Below, piece after piece: positions 1-13,000 of a stretch of 64,000 nt of DNA (position 1 is its first letter; every line of letters begins with the position of its first letter). A program made the position numbers and the translations under genes. Source of the DNA: Bugula neritina (Eukaryota; Animalia; Bryozoa); NCBI GenBank assembly GCA_964035545.1, contig OZ037765.1, positions 34,223,504 to 34,287,503 on the forward strand. The letters run 5' to 3'. Under the pieces are notes generated by a model. That model searched no databases and was not told the DNA's origin. It was given only the letters and a program-made list of their open reading frames with translations.

Positions 1-884
1 GCACGCTGTACGACATTTTGCTCTGAAATATACAGACACCATGAGTCACCTTTAATACCAGCAAGTGTCCACTGTAGATATACGATGTTGCTGTTAGTAT
101 TTAAGTGTTACTGTGCAATATCTACTCTACAAAAAGTAAAATATTTAGGCTATGTATTTTGTGATCTGGCACTATTACTATTAGTATTAGACTACTGGTG
201 TTACTGTAACTATAAGTGTGTAACTATTACTATATTACTATTTCTAATAGTAATAGTAATACTCAAACTAAATATAATACTAATAGTAACTTATTATACT
301 TCAATGTAATTAACCCAAGAGTTATAATTCACTGCGAGTATAATTTACTGCGAGTATAATTCACTGCGAGTATAATTCACTGCGAGTATATAAGGTCAAG
401 ATGCCATCTTGCAGTTGCAAATTTTTCATCATATTATATCTATTCATTGATAGGAGCAATTTTCAGTCAGTTATGACTGGATAATGAGTCAGTATTCTGT
501 AATAACTACACAATACTGTAATACAGTACTCTCTCCATAGTACTCTCTCCATAGGTCATGATCCATTCTCACAAGATTCCATATAGATCATGAAAAGGGC
601 TTGGACCTTGTGTTATGTCTTTTTTCGTATGTTTACTTGTTTATGCATGTGTGTTTAGGGACAAAAATGGTAAATTCAAATATTAGGAATTATATTACAA
701 ACAAGTTGAGCATAACTTGTGTATCACAGCTACAAAACTCTCACCATACGCTTATTCATCTATCCCTTATATAGCCATCGTCATATCAGCTAACAAAGCT
801 TTGCATTATACCAGCATTTTCACATATCTTCACATTTCTCACTGGTTATAGGCAGTATAGCTAATTTGTCAACTGCAAAGGTAC

Positions 885-1183
885 TATATAAACTAGAACT
901 AATACCAAAGAGTATACATAGCTTGGGTGAATATCATTATTATAAAGGTGATGATAGCCAATACCAAAGAGCATACATTTCAACAACCTATCATATTATC
1001 ATATAAACACTATTACTTGCAGTGCAGCACTAACTAGCACACACTAAAAGGGAAGTCACTTATCCCTTCCTAGTCATAGTGAGAAGATAATCAAGTTAGT
1101 TTATGGAAGATATTATGTAACATATGCAGATAGTGAAGAGTATCTCAACTCACCTGCTGACTTCATTTTAATTCACTGTAAGT
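885..1183 (+). promoter_or_regulatory. 5' module copy 1 (putative promoter and non-coding first exon ending TTCACT|gtaagt at 1177)
   Basis: A ~300 bp block conserved in four copies (also ~3345-3645, ~24730-25026, ~26340-26652), each upstream of a ROCO-caspase start and ending in a GTAAG donor. Confidence 0.5.
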
Positions 1184-1530
1184 ATAATTTATTTATTATA
1201 TACATGTAAGTGACTGAAAAGTTCCCTTTGGTATGTGTTAACATGGCAATGGGTGTTTAGGTTGACAATGAACACACCTAAAAGTGTCATTTTTACCTAA
1301 AATCCTATAAGTACATCACCTACCATAACAGGTGTTACTTGATTTTACATCCTTTCCAGAGTATATTATATGATATAACTATATGGCTGGCACATGGTAC
1401 CAGTAGAGATATGTTACAGAAATGTCAAAAGCTAGATTTAGTTTCTAGTACTCTACCATGTATATAGTTGTTACAGATGAGAATGAAGACTATTGAATAC
1501 AACGTTAGAGCTGTAACCAGTGACTACAGG

Positions 1531-1549
1531 ATGGGTCAAAGTGAATCAA
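1531..1549 (+). CDS. Duplicate/alternative first coding exon of gene A (MGQSES, phase-1 donor)
   Basis: ATGGGTCAAAGTGAATCAA|GTTAGT is identical to gene B 28058-28076. It has the same upstream acceptor (gttacag|atgag) and a phase compatible with the acceptor at 4928. Confidence 0.6.
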
Positions 1550-2050
1550 GTTAGTAAATCATATAAATACTACGTAACCATGGTAACTACAGGAATTTCA
1601 TACTTTATTTTTATGTGTTATGACATTCAGGTGCAGTAGTGATGAAGTTGAGATAGCCTAAGTCTTTATTGTTCATAACAAACTATACGTTGGTGTGCAG
1701 GTTTACATTCTCACGAGAACATAACTTCTTTTGCTACATTTCTGATCTAGAAACACATGTGATTTTCTTTTGTCATTGCATTGCACTATTTGGACCACAA
1801 CTGAGTAATATATTTCTCGTGTTTATTATATAATGTTATATATTATATAATATTACATACTGATTGTTAGTTATATAATGATTTAGTCTCACCCATTTAT
1901 TTCTATATACAGTGTTGAGTGAGATCTCTTCATTGAAATTCTCATGAGAACATAACTTCTTCTCTTACATTTCTAAACTACAGTCTCATTACTTTGCACC
2001 TAGCTCTGTGCTGATCATAGCTGAGTATTATATTGTTATAGTGTTTATAT

Positions 2051-2495
2051 ACTATAACTATTATACTATAACTATTATACTATAACTATTATACTATAAC
2101 TATTATACTATAACTCTTATACTATAACTATTATACTATAACTATTATACTATAACTGTTATACTATAACTATTATACTATAACTATTATACTATAACTA
2201 TTATACTATAACTATTATACTATAACTATTATACTATAACTATTATACTATAACTATTATACTACAACTATTATACTATAACTATCATACTATAACTATT
2301 ATACTATAACTATTATACTATAACTATTATACTATAACTATCATACTATAACTATCATACTATAACTATTATACTATAACTATTATACTGTAACTATTAT
2401 ACTGACTTATATCATGTTATATTATATTATATTATATTATATTATATTATATTATATTATATTATATTGTATTATATTATATTATATTATATTAT
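2051..2495. repeat. 14-bp minisatellite (ACTATAACTATTAT)n followed by (ATATT)n
   Basis: Direct reading. Confidence 0.95.
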
Positions 2496-3344
2496 AGTGG
2501 TGGTCACCTTTCACTGCCGTGTGGCCGGATCATATTATATTAAATTATGGTATAGTATGTTGTTTTATTATACTGACATATATATTATATTATATCACAA
2601 ATATGATGCTGACCTATACTATAACATGTTATTATTGTAACTATTATACTAACCTACATCATATTACAATGTACTATAATATATTATATTATATTAATAT
2701 ACCATAACACATACTGTACAGAGCTATAAACAACATGACCATGTTAATCCTTTACATACAGTTTCACTTAGTGTACAGAATATACAGAGTAAAATATAAA
2801 TATATTATGTTATATTTTACTTTCCTTACATATCTGTGTTCTGTCAACAACTGAGTAACTATAGTAACCAGAGGGAGTAGTAATGTTGTCTGTATTATGT
2901 TGTTAGTGTTTATTATATATTATATTATTATATTATATTATACTGTATTATATTATATTATATTATATTATAACAGGATTTGGGATTTCTGATCACCTTG
3001 ACCTTTGACCGCTTTTGACATTTACAATAACTGTTGAGTGATTTTTCCTAAACCCCCCCAATCCAAACCTATACCCCCATCCCAACTCCCCAAACTCAAT
3101 ATTGTAAATGCGCCACCTATTAAATGCCATCAACTTTTTCACCGATAGTCTAAACACAATATTCTCCTAAATTCTGAGAATAGCATGTTTATTGTTATAC
3201 TCTAATGACTATACTGTAGTTATATTACATGTAAACTGTATACACTATCATAGCTACATCTATTACCAGTCACTATACAGCTATTCACATCTGTCACTAT
3301 AGTATGTCAACTGCAAGTTTTCCTGTTGGCTGGCTGCCAAAAGT

Positions 3345-3645
3345 CTTCTATAAACTAGAACTGATACCAAAGAGTATACATAACTTGAGTGGGTATCATT
3401 ATTATAAATGTGTCTAAAGCCAATACCAAAGAGCATACATTTCAACAACCTATCACGTGATCATATAAACACTATTACTTGCAGTGCAGCACTAACTAGC
3501 ACACACTAAGAGGGAAGTCACTTATCCCTTCCTAGTCAGAATAAGAAGATAATCAAGTTAGTTTATGGAAGATATTATGTAACATGTGCAGATGGTGAAG
3601 AGTATCTCAACTCACCTGCTGACTTCATTTTAATTCACTGTAAGA
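3345..3645 (+). promoter_or_regulatory. 5' module copy 2 (upstream of the MGQSESVPKDES exon)
   Basis: Near-identical to copy 1; contains GGGAAGTCACTTATCCCTTCC; donor at 3640. Confidence 0.5.
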
Positions 3646-4017
3646 ATAATTTATTTATTATAAAAAATGTAAGTGACTGAAAGGTTAATTTACTTTAGTA
3701 CCTGTAATGGGAGAAATTACGTTGACAATGGTGACCTCTTACAGAGTTGATTAACCTTAAAATGAAGAGAATTTAACATTTATTTGGTGTTATAAAATCT
3801 CTCAGTACATAATCTTACAGGTGTTACTTGATTTTACATCCTTTCTAGAGTATATTATATGATATAACTATAAGGCTGGTACATGGTATCAGTAGAGATA
3901 TGTTACAGAAATGTCAAAAGCTAGCTTTAGTTTCTAGTATTCTACCATGTATATAGTTGTTACAGATGAGAATGGAGACTATTGAATACAACTAGAGCTG
4001 TAACCAGTGACTACAGA

Positions 4018-7000
4018 ATGGGTCAAAGTGAATCTGTTCCTAAAGACGAATCAAGTTAGTAAATTATATAGATATAAATACTACCAGTTATAGCTGCAGA
4101 ATTTTTACATTATACGCTTTTATGAGTTACATGACATTCAGTTGCAGCACTAGAGAAATTGAGGTAGCCTAAGTTCTTTAATTCTCTTAAAAAGATTTGC
4201 ATTGGGGCGTGGTTAAAAATCTCACGAGAACATAACTCCATTTGTTACATTTCTGATGAATAAATACAAGCTTTTTTCAACTTTGTATTATATACTTTGC
4301 ACCTAACTTTGTGTTGACCACAACTGGGTGCATTATTGTATAATGTTATATACTGACTTATATTATATACTATAACTATTATACTGAAGCTTATATTATA
4401 ATACATCAAAGTATAATATATTGTTATACTGACATATATATTATATTATATCACAAATAAAGTGTTATTATTATTTTATATTATATTGTAGCTATTATAC
4501 TAACCTACATCATGTTACGTTACAATAATTGTAGTAACCTTAGTTAACTATTATAACATGCACATTTTACTGACCTATATTGCATTATATTACATTATAT
4601 TACACTAGAATACTATAACACATTATACTGTACAGAAGTATAAACAACATGGCTACCCTTTACCTGTCATCTGCTATAGTTGATGTCTGCGTCAGTTACA
4701 GGGATGAGTCATACTCTTATAGGTATAAACTGACAAAGTGGGCACAACTTGAATATACATTCAGATTTTATCACAGGATTTCAATTTAATTATCTGTAAT
4801 TTTAAGTAGTTAAAATGTAAAATGTTTATTGTGTAACTATTGCCAGTTATGGTTCTATGCATTGATGGTGTTTACAAACATTCTATTATTATAAACTTTT
4901 ATTTATAAAGTAGTGAATATCTTGTAGGGAAGTACAGTGTGTGGTTCAACACATCCAGTATAGATGGAGCTGATGATGAGTGGATGGAGAATGATATCAC
5001 ATCCTACACTATAGAAGAGATCAATGATATAAGTAGACATCATACAGTTATAACTCATGTTATACTGAAGCATGACATTCTTCCAAATATCAACAAACTG
5101 TTTCCCCATCTCACACATCTGAAGGTATCTGGAGTAGAGAGTGATGCTAACTGGACCAGGTATTATTTTATTATAATATGAAACTATATTAATAAGTGAG
5201 ATATTATCTTGTAGTAGAATGTGGAGTAATCTCCCTTCACAATAACACTAGCTTTAGTAACAATTTTTGTATTATTTACCTTATTTATTGTATTTCTATT
5301 TATGCTTCAATTTAAAGTGAGTTGGTGTCATTCAAACATAGTCTAAACATATAATAGTATAATAGTATGTGATAATTATGTAGAATTAAATATACTGTTA
5401 CACCTGTATATAATTATTATGTTACAGCATATCTTCACTGAAGAATCTTGAGGTATTGAATATGTCATTCAGTGACTTATCTAAAGGTCTACCAAACAAT
5501 ATATGCAGATCCTTACCATCATTGAGAGAATTGTACATGGAGGTCTGTCAACTTCCAACTCTACCAAACAGGTGTGTATTATATTATACATTATGAATTT
5601 ATCTGCACTATCTTTGTTGACTCAACTAGATTCTGTGTATATTATACGTCACAAGTCAATTATTGCATTCTATTCTATTAGATATGTACTCAGATAGAAA
5701 TGGTATGACAAATTCTCACTTATTACTCTAATAAATGTGGACAAGTAAATTATTTTGCAGTATAACTATATAACTATGTTGCATTAAATAGGTTATATTG
5801 AGAACAGGTGATAATACAGACCCTTTTCCAATGCCCCCCCCCCCCCCCCCCCCGGTACTCAATTTCAAGTTAGGAGTTGAGTCCTCTTCAACAGGGATTG
5901 AGTTAAACCATGTTTTAGAGAGAAAACTAATTACAACTTTAAAGTTTGACTGTTATTTAAAATCTCAACTATGCTATGGAATTGTTCTTACAGGAGATAG
6001 ATATTCTGGTATAGCACACATATTAGCAGTTCAAGAAATATTTTACAAACATTTCTTCATAATAAGTTTTGAAAAAAAGTAAATTTGAAAGCCTTTTCGT
6101 GATTTTGGTTATTGAGCAATGCTGAAGAGCAGTTGAGGTATGAATTCCTTTATTTATTTGTTGTGCTGGCTGTCACCACTTTGTTTAGATCTGTTAACCT
6201 TTCAATTCCTTGGAAAAGGGTCTACTGATATAAAATAAGCTATACTACTATTACATTGTTGAGTGAAATGTAGAGTGCTAATGATAATACCCAGGAGTTC
6301 AATAGACTTTGATGATTTTCTATACCCGTGTGTTATATGTTACAGCATATCTTCACTGAAGAATCTTGAGGTATTGGATATATCACATAACTACCTATTT
6401 GAAGCTCTACCTGACAATACATTCACATCCTTACTGTCACTGAGAAAGTTGTACATGATGGACTGTAACCTGCCAACTCTACCAAACAGGTGTGTATTGT
6501 TTAATTGTACATATATAATAATATAGAGTAGGAGAAACTCTACTAACTATACAATATTAATTCATGACTTGGCTGTTAAAATATTATTACTGGAGTGGTT
6601 TGTGCAGTACATGTGTACTTGATATTCAGGTAGATGACAACTCTCAATACTCTGTTAGTAAAAGTATATTTGATGTCATGTTTTTATGGGTTACATGCTG
6701 TGGTTATATTCTTACTAAAATATTATACAACATTTCATACCTGTATGTTATGTTACAGCATATCTTCACTGAAGAATCTTGAGGTATTAAATATATCATA
6801 TAATAACCTATCTGAAGGTTTACCTGACAATGTATTCACATCCTTACTATCATTGAGAGAGTTGAACATGGTGAGGTGTGAACTGCCAACTCTACCAAAC
6901 AGGTGTGTATTATATTAGCCAATCCAAAGATCAGCACCATGAAAGTCAGTCATATGTTGCTGCCTTTTTCTATCAAAACTAAATGCATAAACATTTTACT

Positions 7001-10000
7001 CACTAACATAGAGCCAAATTTTAACTGTATGTTTTTTGACATAATACACCCCAATATAGGGGGCAGGTTGAACTGCCCTGTGGGAAAGTTGAATCAGTGC
7101 GTTTATCCTATAATATAATTTGTTTTATCTATTTTGTAAGTTAAAAAATGACTTATTAAAAAGTAACAATAATAATCATTAAAAGAAATTAGAACAAATA
7201 ACAGAATTTCTGAATGTGATCTGTCATTGTAACCATTCAACATCTCAAAGTAGATACTTTAAAACCCAAGCAGCAGCAGCAGCAAGCTGGCAGGAAGCTC
7301 TTTTTGCAATTCATCCTTGAACAATGTATGCAGATATGAGATGGGGTCCTCTCATATGACATCAGAAAATACACAGTAGCATGGTTGAGCCTAACCAACG
7401 TCTTTCGTTGGCTGTTTGAAGGCTCTCAACTTGATGAATTACACTATCCTGCCTTGCTTTACCGTTATAGGTCATTGTCCAGCTTTGAAACTATGTTGAA
7501 AATATATTCTTGAACTTGACTGGTCTATTAAAACTTGAGAAGCTATGCAAGTTTTTATGAAAATGGCAAATTTTTAATTTGATCATTTTTATGCAAACAG
7601 TGTGAAAAAATCCTCTCTCACCTGAAAACTTCATTTCATACATTTCCATATGTTTGATAATGTTGTGAATTTATGCCGTTAAATCTCAATGTGTTATTGA
7701 GATTAGAGCATAAGCTGGTATATTGCGAGTGTAATATTCTATTTATCTGAAGCAAGATTTCATACCTGTATTTAATATGTTACAGCATATCTTCACTGAA
7801 GAATCTTGAGGTATTGAATATATTAGATAACTACCTATCTGAAGGTCTGCCTGACAATATATTCACATCCTTACTGTCATTGAGAATGTTGAGCATGGAG
7901 AACTGTACACTACCAACTCTACCAAACAGGTGTGTATTATATCATACATTATGAAGTTATCTGCACTATCTTTATTGAGTCAACTAGACTCTGTGTATAT
8001 TATACGTCACAAGTCAATTATTGTATTCTATTCTATTAGATATGTACTCAGATAGAAATGGTATGACAACTTCTCACTTATTACTCTAATAAATGTGGAC
8101 AACTCAATAGATCCCTTTCAGAGGTTCTCAAGATCTCCCTTACATTTAAGAGTTGTGTCCTCCCAAAAAGAAAATAGATTGAACAAAATAATCTTGAATT
8201 CCTTTTTGTGACTTTGGTTGCTGAGCAATGCTGAAGTGCCACTTCAGCATTGCTCAGTAATGAAAATCACAAAAAGGAATTCAAGTTTATTTTTTTCAAA
8301 ATTCTCTTGAAGAAATATCTTCAAAAAAAAATTTTCAACTGCTAATATGTGTGCATATACCAAAATATCCATCTCCTAAAAAAACAATTCTATAACATAA
8401 TTATAATTTTAAGTAGCAGCCAAATGTTAAATTTTGAATGAGTTTGCTCTTTATACAAAGGTTCAACCTACTGACTTTGGGAGGACACAACTCTTAAGTG
8501 TAAAAGAGATATCCGGGCACCTGAAAAGGGTCTATTATTTCAAATGAAATAAGTTATATTAAATTGAGTTACAAATATGTTACAATATTATGCAATGCTC
8601 ATATTGTTGAGCATAGAATGTACAGTAATATTAATAATAAATAGTATAGTTAAATTAACTTTGATTATTTTCTACCTGTATATTTTTATGTTACAGCATA
8701 TCTTCACTGAAGAATCTTGAGGTATTGAATATATCAGGTAATAACCTATCTGAAGGTCTACCTGACAATATATTCACATCCTTACTATCATTGAGAAAGT
8801 TGGGCATAAATAGTTGTAAACTGTCAACTCTACCAAACAGGTGTGTATCATTTAATTACATATATAATAATATAGAGTAGGAGAGACTCTACTAACCATA
8901 CAATATTTATTCATGACTTGGCTGTTAAAATATTATTATTGAAATGGTTTGTGCAGTACATGTGTACTTGATATTCAGGTAGAAGACAACTCTCAATACT
9001 CTGTTAGTAAAAGTAGATTTGATGTCATGTTTTTATGAGTTACATGCTGTGGTTATATTCTTACTGAAATATTGTACAACATTTCATACCTGTATGTTAT
9101 GTTACAGCATATCTCCACTGAAGAATCTTGAGGTATTGTATATGTCAGAGAATAACCTATCTGAAGGTCTACCTGACAATATACTCACATCCTTACTATC
9201 ATTGAGAGAGTTGAACATGAGGAACTGTAAACTGTCAACTCTACCAAACAGGTGTGTATTATATTACATTATGAAGTTATCTGCACTATCTACATCAGGC
9301 GCACTAAACGCTGTGTGTACGAGATTTCTTAAGGCAATTACTATATTGTATCAGATGTACACATATAGAAATGGTATGACAATTTCTCATTCATTACTCT
9401 GCTATATGTTGACAACTAAATTATTCCGCAGTGAAATATGTTATATTGAGACTAGGTATGAATATGTTGCAATGTAAAACTATACTAGAACATAAATGAG
9501 CTATTGAGTAAAATGTGGAGTATTAATACGTATTATAGCTAAATTGACTTTGATGATTTTCTACCTGTATTTTATAGCAGCATATCTTCACTGGAGAATC
9601 TTGAGGTATTGGATATATCAGATAATAACCTATCTGAAGGTCTACCTGACAATATATTCACATCCTTACTATCATTGAGAGAGTTGAACATGAAGAACTG
9701 TGAACTGTCAACTCTACCAAACAGGTGTGTATTATATTACATTATGAAGTTATCTGCACTATCTACATCAGGCGCACCAAACGCTGTGTGTACGAGATTT
9801 CTTAAGACAATTACTATATTGTATCAGATGTACACATATAGAAATGGTATGACAATTTCTCATTCATTACTCTGCTATATGTTGACAGCTAAATTATTCT
9901 GCAGTGAAATATGTTATATTGAGACTAGGTATGAATATGTTGCAATGTAAAACTATACTAGAACATAGATGAGCTATTGAGTAAAATGTGGAGTATTAAT

Positions 10001-13000
10001 ACGTATTATAGCTAAATTGACTTTGATGATTTTCTACCTGTATATATGTTATGTTACAGCATATCTTCACTGAAGAATCTTGAGGTATTGGATATATCAG
10101 AGAATAAGCTATGTGAAGGTCTACCTGACAATATATTCACATCCTTACTATCATTGAGAGAGTTGAAAATGGGTAGCTGTAAACTGTCAACTCTACCAAA
10201 CAGGTGTGTATTACATAATAGTGTAGAAAGATAATTATTGTAATAAATATAAATTATAAATATATTTTTACATGTGTTCATAAAACTCTAACAGATTTGC
10301 TACACTGAGATATATTATAATATTATACTGAGATACATTATAATGTTATACTGAGATATATTATAATACTATATATACTGAGATCTATTATCATGCTATA
10401 CTGAAATATATTATAATATTATACTGAGATATATTGTAATATTATAGGGGTAACAGGGGCACAACGGTCATAGGGGTAGAAAAAGCCGGCGTAAATTTTT
10501 TAGGATGTCGTTGAAGCCTTATAAATTTTTACACTCAAAGGCAAGAAGCCTAAATTTTACTAATATTGTTGCCATTGCTTGTCTCTACAATGCTTAACTA
10601 GTATAACAGCAAACACTGAAATAAATTTTCCTTGAGGCACATTTATTTTCAATTTGGCCACATGGGGCACAATGGGCCACCTGATTATTGCACCCTGATC
10701 ACTGTTATTAGTTTGTTTGCCCAAAAAGTTGGTTGAACTGTTACTAAAATCTATAAATATAGCCATTTCTGACCTTTTTGTAAAATATCAAAGACATCAT
10801 GGTAAGACTACAAACCTACAAGTTGAAGCTCCCCTAATACATACATCTGGTGAGGTTGAAGCTTTGCCATTTTATACATAATACAAAACACTCTGCTGTT
10901 GCTACTTGCTACTAGTAGATAGTCATGATAATCATTATATATTACACCATTGAGGGAATATACATGCATTTGACTGAAATAAATTGTGATTTGCTCATTC
11001 GCTCTCCCCTTTCCGTTCCGTACTCCAGTCACAAACCTCAGCCATGCATGCACCTTAGCTACAGTTCATTGAAAAAAGTTCACTCAGAATTTTTGTAGTA
11101 CATTTTAGTAAAGTTTCTTTTTAATAAACGTTGCTCTGAAGTGAAAATAACAAAACATTTTTAGTTCGAAACAGTAATGATAATGGCACTGCAGAATTGA
11201 GTGACGTGCGTTTGATTTTGCCTTCCTCTGCTATCCGTAGTGGCACAAACCGTACAGCTAAAACATGAATTTTGCTGTAGATCTGAAAGAGTATCTTTAT
11301 TTATTTGTATTATTAAATAAATAAAGATCAGATACAACAAAATACGCAAAACTTCAATATATTTGTTGTGTCCCACCCAGTGGCCCATTGTACCCCGGTA
11401 CCGGGGCACAATGAGCCAATTTTTTCAACATGAAAATTTCATTATTCTGAAAGTTGTGAAAGAGATAGAAACAAGAAACTGGTACCTGTAATAGATAACA
11501 GATGTAGCATTAAGACTAGAGATTATTGAACTAGTAACTTGAAAAACAGACCAATGAGAGCAACAAATGCAAAATTCGGCCGGTTGTGCCCCCCCCCTTT
11601 ACCCCTACTGAGATATAGTATAATGTTATACTGAGGTATATTATAACGTTATACTGAGATATAATATAATATTATACTGAGATATAATATAATGTTATAC
11701 TGAGATATATTATAATGTTATACTGAGATATATTATAATATTATACTGAGGTATATTATAATGTTATATACTGAGATATATTATAATGTTATATACTGAG
11801 ATATATTATAATGTTATACTGAGATATATTATAATGTTATACTGAGATATATTATAATAGTATACTGAGATATAATATAATGTTATACTGAGATATAATA
11901 TAATGTTATACTGAGATATAATATAATATTATACTGAGATATATTATAATAGTATAGTGAGATATATTGTAATGTTATACTGAGATATAATATAATATTA
12001 TACTGCGATATATTGTAATAGTATAGTGAGATATATTACAATGTTATACTGAGATATAATATAATATTATACTGAGATATAATATAATGTTATACTGAGA
12101 TATATTATAATGTTATACTGAGATATAATATAATGTTATACTGAGATATATTATAATATTATACTGAGATATAATATAATATTATACTGAGATGTATTGT
12201 AATAGTATAGTGAGACATATTATAAGGGTAATCAATAAACAGTTACTGTGTGATGCATTGTATAATTAACCTGCCTTATTCCATCAAATACCAGGGAGTG
12301 TAACTCCAAGCATCTATGAAATATAATTACTAAACAATAGAAATTGCAGAGAATCTTATATATTTACTACAGTGGTATTATATTACAAAGTATATTATGG
12401 AATTTTATTATTTATATGTTTATACAAAAGCCTTTTCAAAACAACAATTGTATTTTTGTCTGCGTACAGATTCTACAGAAGTTAGAGGAACTGGACATAT
12501 CGTCAAGTAACTTCACCAATTTACCATCTCCTGTGTACACACTGAGTAGTCTGCAAGAACTGAATATATCTTCCAATTACTCTTTGACATCCTTAGATTC
12601 TGAGATATTACAGCTAACTCAACTTCGTACACTGTATGTTAGAAATTGTGATGCTCTCACCTCTCCTCCACTGGAAGTATGTCAGAGAGGAGTAGATGCT
12701 GTGAAACAATACTACACAGACTTGGCTAAAGGAGTTGGTAGAAGTCTGCCATTTGCTACTATAGCTGTGCTGGGTAATACGATGGCTGGGAAGACCAGTC
12801 TAATCAGAACATTACAGAATGCTGACAGAAAGAGAGTTCTGACCGACAGAGGACCAGATGCTGTGAGAGATGAGGCAACAAAGGTGTTTAATGTTGAAGA
12901 GGTGGAGGTGGATAGTACAGTACTCCGTCTCATTGATATGGGAGGCCAGGAAGTCTATCATATCACTTATCAACTAACACTGAGACAAAATTGCATTCCA

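Larger units (their letters stand above)
5428..10203 (+). repeat. Gene A array of eight 144-nt LRR cassette exons (each 48 aa = two LRRs, 25+23 aa), phase 2-2
   Basis: Each starts cag|CATATCT(T/C)CACTG and ends CTACCAAACAG|gtgtgt. All are exactly 144 nt and stop-free. Confidence 0.95.

Noticed and set aside
1708-1950. TTCTCA(C/T)GAGAA palindromes as STAT sites
   Set aside because: Spacing (TTC-N6-GAA) does not fit the GAS consensus, and recurrence is explained by duplication.
10295-10310. acag|ATTTGCTACACTG (RFATL) as the bridging exon
   Set aside because: No GT donor follows, it runs into satellite, and there is no counterpart in gene B.
12344-12469. N-terminal extension of the 719-aa ORF as real coding sequence
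   Set aside because: Intron-like composition, and the equivalent frame in gene B has a TAA; kept only as an alternative to the micro-exon model.
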